Shown here piece by piece: positions 54,396 through 64,000 of a stretch of 64,000 nucleotides of DNA. Source of the stretch: an uncultured Candidatus Saccharibacteria bacterium (GTDB taxonomy: Bacteria; Patescibacteriota; JABMPQ01; JAQVVF01); contig CAZNOH010000001.1 in the NCBI GenBank assembly GCA_964574655.1, positions 329,852 to 393,851 on the forward strand, in the 5' to 3' direction. The notes beneath the pieces are model-generated. The model did not search any database and was not told the origin of the DNA. It saw nothing but the letters and a program-made list of their open reading frames with translations. The position numbers were made by a program, and so were the translations under genes. Each line of letters starts with the position of its first letter. The first letter of the stretch is position 1.

Positions 54396-55406
54396 ATGAC
54401 ATTTAAATCTGCTTATCTAAAATTAACAGCATTTTACGTTCTGATTGTAATGATAATCAGTGTTTTTTTTAGTGTTGTATTATATCGGATTTCGTCAAAT
54501 GAATTGAATGAGAGGTTGAGACAGCAAATGAAAAATTTTCAAGAAATGCAATTTTTTGAAGGCAGTATGAATTATATTTCTAGTTTTGAATTGATGCGAT
54601 TACAACAATTAGCAGAAGCAAATCATAATCTAAAATTCTTTTTAATCTATTTTAATTTTTTTATCCTGGCTGTATCTTTTGGCTTAGGATATTTTTTAGC
54701 AAAGCGGACGTTAAAGCCAATTAGGCAAATGATGGAATCTCAAAACAGATTTACTGCTGATGCTTCTCATGAATTAAGGACGCCGTTAACTGCGATGAAA
54801 TCTGAAATAGAAGTTAATTTGCGCGATCAAAATTTAAGCTTAGAAACAGCAAAAAAATTATTGAAAAGTAATTTGGAAGAAGTAGAAAAGCTAGAAAATT
54901 TGTCTAGTTCATTATTAAAATTAGCAAATTATGAAAGTAACAAAAATTTAATAATTACAAATGTGGCTTTAGAAGATATTATTGCTGAAAGTTATTTGCG
55001 AGTTGAAAAACAAGCAAAAGAAAAGCAGATTAATTTTGAAAATGATTTGAAAAATATAAAAATTAATGGCAACAGAGATTCTTTGATCCAGCTTTTTAAG
55101 ATCTTGCTAGATAACGCTATCAAATATAGCAAGCCGAATTCTAAAATATTTATTTTAATGGACAAAATAAACAATAATGCAGTGATAAAAGTTCGCGATC
55201 AAGGCATGGGTATTAATAAAGAAGATCTAAAACATATTTTTGATCGTTTTTATCGAACAGATCTATCTCGTTCGAAGAGCAAAAATAATGGTTATGGATT
55301 AGGTCTATCAATTGCAATGCAAATTGTGAAATTGCATAAAGGAAAAATAAATGTGGAAAGTCAGATTGATCAAGGAGCTGAATTTATTGTTGTTTTACCA
55401 GTTTAA
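54396..55406 (+). CDS. sensor histidine kinase (HisKA + HATPase_c), two TM
   Basis: H-box FTADASHELRTPLT, N-box, G-boxes DQGMGIN, GYGLGLSIA. Confidence 0.8.
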   Translation: MTFKSAYLKLTAFYVLIVMIISVFFSVVLYRISSNELNERLRQQMKNFQEMQFFEGSMNYISSFELMRLQQLAEANHNLKFFLIYFNFFILAVSFGLGYFLAKRTLKPIRQMMESQNRFTADASHELRTPLTAMKSEIEVNLRDQNLSLETAKKLLKSNLEEVEKLENLSSSLLKLANYESNKNLIITNVALEDIIAESYLRVEKQAKEKQINFENDLKNIKINGNRDSLIQLFKILLDNAIKYSKPNSKIFILMDKINNNAVIKVRDQGMGINKEDLKHIFDRFYRTDLSRSKSKNNGYGLGLSIAMQIVKLHKGKINVESQIDQGAEFIVVLPV

Positions 55407-55505
55407 AAAGATTTAAAAGCAGTTCTGAATTTAGAGCTGTTTTTGTTTTGCGATATTTATTTATGTGCTATACTTATTTAACTTAAAAAATTAATTTAAA
55501 ATATT

Positions 55506-56321
55506 ATGACTGAAGTTTATAATGCAGTAAACGTAGAGGGCATGAAAAATTTTAAGAAAAAAATGCCAATTATTATTTTGGCAGTGGTAGTAGCATTATT
55601 AATATTTGATGGAGTAGGAACAATTGGAGCAGGTGAGCGAGGAATATTATTGCAGTTTGGAGCAGTAAAAGAAAATATTTTTGGCGAAGGTCTTTATTTC
55701 AAGATTCCTTTAGTTCAAAAAGTAGTAAAAATGGATGTAAAGATTAAAAAAGATGAAGTGCCAGCAAGTGCATCTTCAAAAGATTTGCAAGTTGTAACAT
55801 CAAAGATTGCGATCAATTATCATTTAGATCCTGATGCAGTTAATAAAATTTGGAAAGAAGTTGGCACAGATTACAATGATCGAATAATTGCTCCAGCAAT
55901 TCAGGAAGCAGTAAAAGCAACAACAGCAAAATTTACAGCTGAAGAATTAATTATTAAAAGACAAGTTGTTAAAGAACAAATTAAAGAAAATTTAGCAAAA
56001 AGATTAGTAAAAAATTATATAACTGTTGATGAGTTGAATATTGTTGCTTTTGATTTCTCAGAAGCATTCAATAGCGCAATTGAAGCAAAAGTAACTGCAG
56101 AGCAATTGAAATTAAAAGCTGAAAGAGATTTGCAAAGAATTAGAATTGAAGCTGATCAAAAAATTGCTGAAGCAGAAGGAAAGTCTAAAGCGATCAGAAC
56201 AGAAGCTCAAGCTTTGAGTGAAAATGCAAAAGTGGTAGAACTTAGATGGATTGAAAAATGGGATGGCAAGACTCCGACATATTGGGGAGGAGCAACTCCT
56301 TTCATTGGATTGGAAAAATAG
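55506..56321 (+). CDS. SPFH/band-7 (prohibitin-like) membrane protein
   Basis: N-terminal TM + SPFH domain pattern. Confidence 0.65.
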   Translation: MTEVYNAVNVEGMKNFKKKMPIIILAVVVALLIFDGVGTIGAGERGILLQFGAVKENIFGEGLYFKIPLVQKVVKMDVKIKKDEVPASASSKDLQVVTSKIAINYHLDPDAVNKIWKEVGTDYNDRIIAPAIQEAVKATTAKFTAEELIIKRQVVKEQIKENLAKRLVKNYITVDELNIVAFDFSEAFNSAIEAKVTAEQLKLKAERDLQRIRIEADQKIAEAEGKSKAIRTEAQALSENAKVVELRWIEKWDGKTPTYWGGATPFIGLEK

Positions 56322-56363
56322 GTTAAATTTAAAACAGCCTTGAAATTTAGGGCTGTTTTTAAA

Positions 56364-56918
56364 TTACAAAATATGTCCAAGTAAAATTTTTAAGCCAATA
56401 ACAATTAAAACAATTCCGCCGATGATTTCAGCTTTTTTGCCCCATTTTTCGCCGCTTTTTTTACCTATATAAATAGAAATTAATGATAATACAAATGTTG
56501 TGATACCAATTATCGAGACTGATAGCCAAATATTTACAGGCAACAAAGCAATTGTTATGCCAACTATGAGAGCATCAATACTAGTTGCGACTGATTGAGT
56601 TAATAATATTTTGAAACTATGAATGTCAATTTTTTTTTCCTCTTCTTTTTTGAATGATTCAATCAACATTTTTACTCCCAAAATAGTTAAAAGGATAAAT
56701 GCAATCCAATGATCAATACCGGAAATGAATTGGACTAATCCAATGCCTAGCACATAGCCAATCAAGGGCATTATGAATTGGAAAAAACCAAAATAGAAAG
56801 CAATTTTCAAAGCTTTTTTTGTTTTCATCTGGTGATGATGTGCGCCATTAGCTGCAGCAACTGCCATGGCATCAAATGACAAGGCAATGGCAATGAATAA
56901 AATATTGATTAGTGACAT
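56364..56918 (-). CDS. mntP: manganese efflux pump MntP family membrane protein
   Basis: Duplicated SFDAMAV / SIDALIVG motifs, 6 TM. Confidence 0.6.
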   Translation of the reverse strand: MSLINILFIAIALSFDAMAVAAANGAHHHQMKTKKALKIAFYFGFFQFIMPLIGYVLGIGLVQFISGIDHWIAFILLTILGVKMLIESFKKEEEKKIDIHSFKILLTQSVATSIDALIVGITIALLPVNIWLSVSIIGITTFVLSLISIYIGKKSGEKWGKKAEIIGGIVLIVIGLKILLGHIL

Positions 56919-57030
56919 ATGAAAATATTATATATTATCTATAAAATATTAACTAGGAAGATAATCAGATTGATTTTTGCGCGATAACAAAGTAATATTA
57001 AATTATAGCCATTCTAAACGGGAGGAAGCA

Positions 57031-57300
57031 ATGTTGAAAACACATGCGAGTGCATTGCCATCATATTTACATCCAGGAGCAGTCAGTATAGAAATTGGCT
57101 GGTTTAATTTTTTTGGTGCATGTAGCAGTCCGAATTGTTCTCTATCCAGTGGTGTAAATTCAGCAAAAGCAGATGCTGTTTTGGAAGACGAAAATGATGA
57201 TGATGATTGGAGATTGACAAAAGAAAGGCGGGATGAATTTTTTCGATCGGCAACGCCTAGTTATGCAAATCGTAGACATTTGGATAGGCTTGGGGATTGA
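57031..57300 (+). CDS. small hypothetical protein
   Basis: Very strong SD GGGAGGAAGCAATG; followed by terminator at 57319..57342; relatively GC-rich. Confidence 0.25.
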   Translation: MLKTHASALPSYLHPGAVSIEIGWFNFFGACSSPNCSLSSGVNSAKADAVLEDENDDDDWRLTKERRDEFFRSATPSYANRRHLDRLGD

Positions 57301-57318
57301 TTTAAATTTGTACCTTAT

Positions 57319-57342
57319 AACACCTTCAAGGTGTTTTTTTTG
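57319..57342 (+). terminator. rho-independent terminator ACACCTT-CAAGGTGT + T8
   Basis: Hairpin + T-run. Confidence 0.6.
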
Positions 57343-57417
57343 ATAATAAAAATTCAGTTGAAACTATTGTTAGCATGATGTATAATATAAAAGCTTATTT
57401 ATTAATATGAATAAAAT

Positions 57418-58704
57418 ATGATAGAAATTTTAAGAAATCTATGGAGGAGAAAATTCAGAACATTATTGACTGTTTTTGGTATTGCAATCGGTATTTTTGC
57501 ATTTACAGTGATGGGATCTATGGCATTAAAGCTGAATAAAATGATTGATGGCGGAAAAAAATATATTACTGGTCAGATAACTATTGCACCAAAAGGCACT
57601 GATTTTATGACAGGTCAAATGGGAGCGATGTTGCCTGTTGATACATTAAATAAAATTGATAAGGTTGAAGGCGTAGAAGCAGTAACTGGAGGTATTGAAA
57701 TGTCATTGGATGAGCCTAATCCTGATGATCCAGCTTCAATGAGTTTTGGCATACCAGCTACAATCGAGGGCATGGATTTAAAAACTGATTTTAAGAATCG
57801 CAATTGGGAAACAATGGATATGAAGGAAGGCAGAATGATTAAAGAAGGAGATCCTGATGATGTGATTGCGATTGGTTCGACAATTGCATTAGATAAAAAA
57901 TGGAAATTAGATGATAAAGTCAAAATTAGAGGCAAGGAATTTAAAGTTATTGGTATTTTGGATAAGACAATGACTGGACCTGATTCTTATGTTTTTATGC
58001 CATTGAGCTCAACTCGAGAATTATATGTTGAATCAAATCCATTCTTAAAATCTTTAAAAGAACAACAGGAGCAAGCTGCAAATATTTCGGCACGAGAATT
58101 GGCAATGTTGCCAAAAGCAACAAGAGATCAAATAATGCAGGCTAAGGCTTTTAAGATGGCAGATCTATCAACAATGGGATCTGTGTCTTGGAAAGATGGC
58201 GCGAATTCAGAAGATGTTGCAAACAGAATTAAGGAACAATTTAAAGATCAAGTAATAGTATTATCTCCGAAAAAAATGGGAGAGGAAATTGATAAAGCTT
58301 CAGCAATGATGAATGCAGTGATTTTAGGTGGTGCATTATTGGCATTGCTAGTTGGAAGTTTTTCAGTAATTAATACTATGATTATGTCTATTTCCGAGAG
58401 AACTAGAGAAATAGGTATTAAAAAATCTTTAGGTGCATCTAATAGATCAATTGCTTTGGAATATGCTTTGGAAGCAGGAGTGATTGGAACTTTAGGAGGT
58501 CTATTGGGTATTGGAATCGGAGTTTTGTTGATTGTGATATTTAATAATAAGATGGCTGCTACTGGCGCTGAAATATTCTTGCTTGATATTATATTCTTGG
58601 TACAAGTATTAATATTCTCTTTTGTATTAGGAATTGTGGCAGGCATTATGCCAGCAATTAAGGCAGCAAAGATGAAAGTAATCAAAGCGATTAGAGAAAT
58701 GTAA
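57418..58704 (+). CDS. ABC transporter permease, MacB/FtsX-like
   Basis: 1 TM + periplasmic domain + 3 TM (FtsX fold). Confidence 0.7.
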   Translation: MIEILRNLWRRKFRTLLTVFGIAIGIFAFTVMGSMALKLNKMIDGGKKYITGQITIAPKGTDFMTGQMGAMLPVDTLNKIDKVEGVEAVTGGIEMSLDEPNPDDPASMSFGIPATIEGMDLKTDFKNRNWETMDMKEGRMIKEGDPDDVIAIGSTIALDKKWKLDDKVKIRGKEFKVIGILDKTMTGPDSYVFMPLSSTRELYVESNPFLKSLKEQQEQAANISARELAMLPKATRDQIMQAKAFKMADLSTMGSVSWKDGANSEDVANRIKEQFKDQVIVLSPKKMGEEIDKASAMMNAVILGGALLALLVGSFSVINTMIMSISERTREIGIKKSLGASNRSIALEYALEAGVIGTLGGLLGIGIGVLLIVIFNNKMAATGAEIFLLDIIFLVQVLIFSFVLGIVAGIMPAIKAAKMKVIKAIREM

Positions 58705-58786
58705 CAAGCGCTGATTTGACGTGGATTTCTAACGCTGATATGATGCTGACTCAAAAATTAATAAATGAATAAATTATAATTATTTT

Positions 58787-59467
58787 ATGAAAAATGTAAT
58801 TGAAGCCAAGGGCTTAAAAAAAATATATAAAATGTCAAAGACAAATATTGTTAATGCTTTGAATGGAGTTGATTTGAATGTCGAAGAAGGCGAGTTTACA
58901 GCAATTATTGGACCTTCTGGATCTGGAAAATCAACTTTGATGCACATTTTTGGATTGTTAGACAAGCCTGATGAAGGCACTTTGATTATTGATGGCGTTG
59001 ACATGTCTGACTTGAAAGACAAAGAAGCTTACAAATTACGTGCCAAAAAAATTGGTTTTGTTTTTCAAGGATTTAATTTGATTCCTGCTTTGTCTGCTTT
59101 GGAAAATATTATGCTAGCTGGAAAATACGGAGGAATGAAAATGTCAGAAAGAAAGATGAGAGCTATAGAATTATTAAAATTGGTTGGACTAGAATCGAGA
59201 ATGAATCACAAGCCAAATGAATTATCAGGCGGACAACAGCAAAGAGTAGCAATTGCTCGAGCTTTGATGAACAAGCCAGCAATTATTTTAGCTGATGAAC
59301 CAACTGGTGAATTGGATACAAAGACATCTTTAGAGATTATTGAATTAATGAAAAAATTGAATCGAGAAAATAATCAAACTTTCTTGCTAGTAACTCATAA
59401 TATGGAAGTGGCAAATGCTTGCAAAAAAATTGTAGAAATGAGAGATGGACAAAAAATAACAAAATAA
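58787..59467 (+). CDS. ABC transporter ATP-binding protein (LolD/MacB type)
   Basis: GPSGSGKST, LSGGQQQRVAIARAL, ILADEPTG. Confidence 0.8.
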   Translation: MKNVIEAKGLKKIYKMSKTNIVNALNGVDLNVEEGEFTAIIGPSGSGKSTLMHIFGLLDKPDEGTLIIDGVDMSDLKDKEAYKLRAKKIGFVFQGFNLIPALSALENIMLAGKYGGMKMSERKMRAIELLKLVGLESRMNHKPNELSGGQQQRVAIARALMNKPAIILADEPTGELDTKTSLEIIELMKKLNRENNQTFLLVTHNMEVANACKKIVEMRDGQKITK

Positions 59468-59583
59468 CTAAATTGAAAACAGCTTAAAAAGGCTGTTTTG
59501 TTTTTACATAATTGGATATCATAAATTGTGATTTACAAAACAATTTTTTTGATGTTCTTATCTGATTGTGATAAATTTAAAAT

Positions 59584-60108
59584 ATGAATAAATACTTAGC
59601 AATTCCAACTGAGAAAATAGTCAGCAAAATTTTTATAATTAGAAATAAAAAAGTAATGCTGGATCGTGATTTGGCAATACTTTATGGTGTCAAAACTAAA
59701 GTATTGAATCAGGCAGTCAAGCGAAATTTGAAACGTTTTCCAAGTGATTTTATGTTTAGGTTAGAAAAACAGGAATTTGAAAATTGGAAGTCACAAATTG
59801 TGACCTCCAATTCTGATAAGATGGGACTAAGAACATTACCTTTTGTTTTTACCGAGCAAGGTGTAGCAATGCTGGCAAGTGTTTTGAAAAGCGGTAAGGC
59901 AATACAAGTGAATATTCAAATTGTCCGGACTTTTACAAAATTGCGTGAATTATTGGCAACAAATGAAGAATTGCAATCTAAACTAATGAGATTAGAACAG
60001 CGTTATGATAAAAAATTGAAAGAGGTTTTTAATATTTTACGGCTTTTGTTGACAGAAAAGAATGAGCCAAAAGAAGAGTTGGGATTTAAGTACAAAATAA
60101 TTAAATAA
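59584..60108 (+). CDS. ORF6N domain protein (KilA-N-like DNA-binding)
   Basis: IIRNKKVMLDRDLAILYGVKTKVLNQAVKRNLKRFPSDFMFRL. Confidence 0.6.
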   Translation: MNKYLAIPTEKIVSKIFIIRNKKVMLDRDLAILYGVKTKVLNQAVKRNLKRFPSDFMFRLEKQEFENWKSQIVTSNSDKMGLRTLPFVFTEQGVAMLASVLKSGKAIQVNIQIVRTFTKLRELLATNEELQSKLMRLEQRYDKKLKEVFNILRLLLTEKNEPKEELGFKYKIIK

Positions 60109-60184
60109 TCAACAGCTGGAAGAGGCTGTTTTTTGTTTACAATAATTTTATGCTATTATAAATTGTTAATTAACAAAAAAATAA

Positions 60185-61528
60185 ATGCAAAGAATAAAAT
60201 CAAAAGAAGAAGTCTTAACATTATGTGAAAGAGAAAAAGTGAAGTTTATTGATTTACAGTTTTCTGATTTGTTAGGCCATGTAAAATCTGTGACAATTCC
60301 AATTGCAAAATTACCTGAAGCAATTGATCAAAACATTTGGTTTGATGGATCTTCTATCGAAGGTTTTGCGAGAATCTGTGAAAGCGATATGTATTTAAAA
60401 TTAGATTTGTCGACTTTTGCGATTTTACCTTGGACAACTGATAATGGAAATGTGACTGCTCGATTTATTTGCGATGTCTATAAGCCAAATGGAGAAGCTT
60501 ATGAAAGCGATCCAAGATATATTTTGAAGAAACAAGTTGCTAAAGGTTTAGCTTTTGGTTTTAAATATTTTGTTGGACCAGAATTGGAATTTTATTTAAT
60601 GAAAAGAGATGAAAATGGAAAGATCATTCCGCTCCCACATGATCATGCTGGATATTTTGATTATGCTACTGACGAAGATTCAGAAGTCCGCAAAGATATG
60701 ACTATTGCTCTGCAAAAATTAGGTATTCAAGTTGAAGCTTTACATCATGAAGTTGGTCCAGGACAGCATGAGATTGATTTCAAATATGGAGATCCGATTA
60801 CTACTGCTGATTCAGTCCTAACTTTCAAAATTGCTTTGAAACAAATTGCAAGGAAGCATGGTTTGTTTGTTAGTTTTATGCCAAAACCATTTTTCGGATA
60901 AGCTGGAAATGGCATGCATGTGCATCAAAGCATTTTTATAAATGACAGGAACGCTTTTTATGATGCAACAGGCTTATATCACATTAGCGAATTAGCAAAA
61001 TCTTTTATCGCAGGACAGTTATTTCATATCAAGGCGCTTAATTCAATTTTAAATCCAATTGTTAATTCTTATAAAAGACTGGTTTCTGGATATGAAGCGC
61101 CAGTTTATATTTCTTGGGGACAAGTTAATCGTTCAGCATTGGTTAGAATTCCAAGAGTAAATGATAATAAACCAAGCGCAACAAGAGCTGAACTTCGTTG
61201 TCCAGATCCTTCAGCAAATCCGTATCTTGCTTTTGCAACAATGTTCGCTTGTGGATTAGACGGAATCGAAAATGAAATGTTACTGCCATATCCAGTTGAA
61301 GAAAATGTTTATGAAATGACTAATGAAGAAATGTTGAATCGAGGAATTGAAACTTTACCAGCAAATTTGTTTGAATCATTGAGACATTTATCAAAAGATC
61401 AGATTTTGCGAGATGTTTTTGGAGAGACAACTTTCAAAAAATATTATGATATTAAAATGAAAGAATGGGATAATTTTAGAATATTTGTGACTGACTGGGA
61501 GAGAGATAATTATTTAGAAAAGTATTGA
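60185..61528 (+). pseudogene. glnA: glutamine synthetase type I interrupted by in-frame TAA at 60899..60901 (..PKPFFG*AGNGMHVHQS..)
   Basis: N-terminal beta-grasp and catalytic motifs across both ORFs; stop replaces the acidic residue of FGDNGSGMH motif. Confidence 0.65.
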
Positions 61529-61687
61529 TTATATATTACAAATCATATTGAGAATAGGCGAAAGCCTATTTTTTATAACTGTTTTTTGTTAAAATAAACG
61601 TGAATTGCGAAATGGTTTAATTGCTAAATTGTTAATAAAAATAATTATTTTAACAATTTGGCAATCTAACAATTAAATAATATAGTT

Positions 61688-62017
61688 ATGAATTTCAATG
61701 AGTATCAGAGGAAGGCAAGAAGGACAGCAATTTATCCGAATAAGGATAACAATTTTGTTTATCCAACTTTAGGAATGGTTGGAGAGGCTGGAGAAGTTGC
61801 AGAAAAAGTAAAGAAAATCATCAGAGATAATGATGGAAAAATTACCAAAGAAAATAGAGAAGAAATAAAAAAAGAATTAGGTGATGTTTTGTGGTATATT
61901 GCTTCGTTATCTTCAGAGTTAAAGTTATCTTTAGAAGATGTTGCGCAATATAATTTGGAAAAATTAATGTCAAGAAAAAAGAGGGGCGTTATTCGTGGTG
62001 ATGGAGATAATCGATAA
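61688..62017 (+). CDS. MazG-like nucleotide pyrophosphohydrolase
   Basis: EAGEVAE...ELGDVLWY motifs. Confidence 0.7.
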   Translation: MNFNEYQRKARRTAIYPNKDNNFVYPTLGMVGEAGEVAEKVKKIIRDNDGKITKENREEIKKELGDVLWYIASLSSELKLSLEDVAQYNLEKLMSRKKRGVIRGDGDNR

Positions 62018-62073
62018 GCCAAAAAATCTAAAATCTAAAGTCAAAAATAGAATCAAAAATTAAAAATAAAACT

Positions 62074-62514
62074 ATGCGGATCGAAAGCGTATTTCAAAAT
62101 GGAGAAAAAATTCCTTCCAAATATACTTGTGATGGCGAGAATATTAATCCGCCTTTAAAATTTAGCGATGTACCAGAAAATACAAAAAGTTTGGCTATTA
62201 TTTTTGATGATCCTGATTCACCGTCAGGTACTTGGACTCATTGGACTATTTTTAACATTGATCCAAAAGTAATTGAAATAATAGAAAATAATGTGCCTGA
62301 AAATTCTGTTTTAGGCAAAACAACTTTTAGTGATGTTAAATATGGCGGACCTTGTCCTGGATCTGGCGAGCATCGATATGTTTTTAAGTTGTTTGCTTTG
62401 GATATGGTGTTAGATCTAAAACAAGGGGCTGATATTTCTGAGTTAGAAAAAGCAATTGAGGGACATATAATAGAAAAAGCGGAGTTGATGGGAAAGTATG
62501 AACGAATTATGTAG
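62074..62514 (+). CDS. YbhB/YbcL family PEBP-like protein
   Basis: DDPDSPSGTWTHW and GPCPGSGEHRYVFKLFALD motifs. Confidence 0.7.
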   Translation: MRIESVFQNGEKIPSKYTCDGENINPPLKFSDVPENTKSLAIIFDDPDSPSGTWTHWTIFNIDPKVIEIIENNVPENSVLGKTTFSDVKYGGPCPGSGEHRYVFKLFALDMVLDLKQGADISELEKAIEGHIIEKAELMGKYERIM

Positions 62515-62539
62515 AGACGCCCAAATTGGGCGTCTGTAT
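62511..62539. repeat. REP-like palindrome GTAGAGACGCCCAAATTGGGCGTCTGTAT; its GTAG supplies the TAG stop of the PEBP gene
   Basis: Identical to 38872 copy. Confidence 0.6.
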
Positions 62540-62542
62540 TAA

Positions 62543-64000
62543 ATATAAAAAGATGTCAAAAAAGTTTTATTTTATTATTTTTGGTTTGTTATGTGTTTTA
62601 AATTTTATAATTTTAGAAAATAATTGTTTTGCATCTGGCACTACCTATTATGTTTCGACAAGCGGAAATGATGCAAACACTGGATTAAAAGGCAGTCCAT
62701 GGCGAACTCCTGGTTTTGCGTCAAAACAATTGCATGTTGGAGATACATTAATAATAAGACAAGGCGAATATGTGATGGATGAATATTATACAGATATGAT
62801 TACTCCAGAAAATTCTGGCACAGCTTCAAATTGGATAACAATCATGGGTGAAAAAGGAAAAAGGCCAGTTTTAAAAGCAAGTAATAATTTGCTTGCAACG
62901 ATTTCTTTCAATCAAAAAAGTTATTTAAAATTTAAGAATCTAAAAATAACTAGTTTGATTGATAATCCATATTCTGGCGGAGTGCGAGTGGGAATTGATG
63001 CTGGAGGTGCATCTGGAGAGAGCAGTTACAATAATCATATTATTTTTAAGAATATTGATATTTATGATACTGAACAAGGCGGAATTAATTTTTCTGGAAA
63101 TATTAATGATGTTGTGATGGATAAATTAATAATTCATCATGTTGGAGGAAATGCGATCGCTGCTCCATCTGCTTATGGTGGATTAGGGTGGCAAAATGTT
63201 TTGATAAAAAATTCAAGAGTTAGCTATGCTGGATATTTCATGGATGGAATGAGGCAAGTATCAGATTGGTCAAGGCCAGATGGGATTGGCATGGAGGTAT
63301 CAAATGGTCCATTAACAATTAGAAATTCTGTTTTTCAGCATAATCGAGGAGATGGAATTGATTCAAAATCTAAAAATACTTATATATATAATACAATTAT
63401 TGCTAACAATACTTCGGACAGTTTGAAATTATGGGGTGGTGGTAGCAAAGTTAAAAATGTTTTGATTTATGGAGATGGAGACTCTAATGCTGATAACGGT
63501 CCTTGGTCAAGCATTACAATTGGAACTGACACTCCTGGAGATTTCGAATTTATTAATGTTACAGTTGATGATAATGAGGCAAGAAATAATTATCCAAGCT
63601 ATATGCAGTATTCTGAGACTGCAGAAATTAATGTCTTAATGCGGAATTGTATTTTTGCACATGGATCAGAGGTCATTTTTATGGGTGATTCTGTAAATTT
63701 GACAGCTGACCATAATAATTTTTATCGATCTTCTAATTCTAATGAGCCAGTAATTCATGTTTTTGGCAAAGATTATTTGCCGTCGGAATTGAATTTATTA
63801 GGCAATAATAATTATTCTGTTGAGCCATTGTTTAAGCAAAGAGCATGGGGAAGTGATGGTGATTATAGATTGAAAAAAGATAGCTTGATGATTGATAAAG
63901 GATCAACAAATAAAGCTTTGAATGTTGATTTGTTGAATGTGAAAAGACCGCAGAAAAAAGCTTATGATTTGGGAGCTTATGAGCGATGTTTTGGCTATTG
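62543..64000 (+). CDS. secreted right-handed parallel beta-helix (pectate-lyase-like) repeat protein, 3' end outside window
   Basis: Manual translation without stops to window end; signal peptide; repeated NxxxxN/GxxG beta-helix-like turns. Confidence 0.5.

Noticed and set aside
56919-57030. Possible yybP-ykoY Mn riboswitch in the mntP leader
   Set aside because: Reverse-complement inspection shows no GGGGAGUAG/conserved L1/L3 cores, so only the small-ORF unit on the opposite strand is reported.
1-64000. rRNA genes or additional tRNAs
   Set aside because: No rRNA-like conserved blocks are present, and only one GGTTCGAATCC T-arm (the tRNA-Gln) was found by eye.

Overview
Low-GC (~30%) window from a small-genome bacterium. 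Most + strand genes lack Shine-Dalgarno sequences and many are AT-rich, compact housekeeping genes, which is reminiscent of Candidate Phyla Radiation/Patescibacteria; this is inference only. Core content: a rearranged division/cell-wall (dcw) cluster (ddl, ftsQ-like, murD, ftsW, murG, murC, murB), hpf-secA, secDF, aspS, scpAB, a dCMP deaminase/kinase/thymidine kinase salvage cluster, mutM, prfB with its programmed +1 frameshift, ftsEX, an OmpR-type two-component pair, mntP, an ABC exporter, and a glnA interrupted by an in-frame stop. Three secreted FG-GAP beta-propeller proteins each carry a different cell-wall enzyme domain. The accessory segment 43.4-51.7 kb looks like a defense/mobile island: candidate REase, an unusual full-length LexA fused to a C5-cytosine methyltransferase, Vsr, a large HEPN-motif protein plus a Cas4/RecB-like Fe-S nuclease, a GIY-YIG nuclease, tRNA-Gln(CTG), pncB and a REP-associated tyrosine transposase (RAYT). 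The window is dense with GTAG-flanked palindromic REP/REPIN elements, several showing compensatory stem changes. Some palindromic or repeat elements are inserted in-frame inside essential genes (murD, murC, secA twice, pgeF, the RAYT itself), as with Rickettsia palindromic elements. A recurring TTCGRATATT tandem-array motif sits upstream of several cell-envelope genes.
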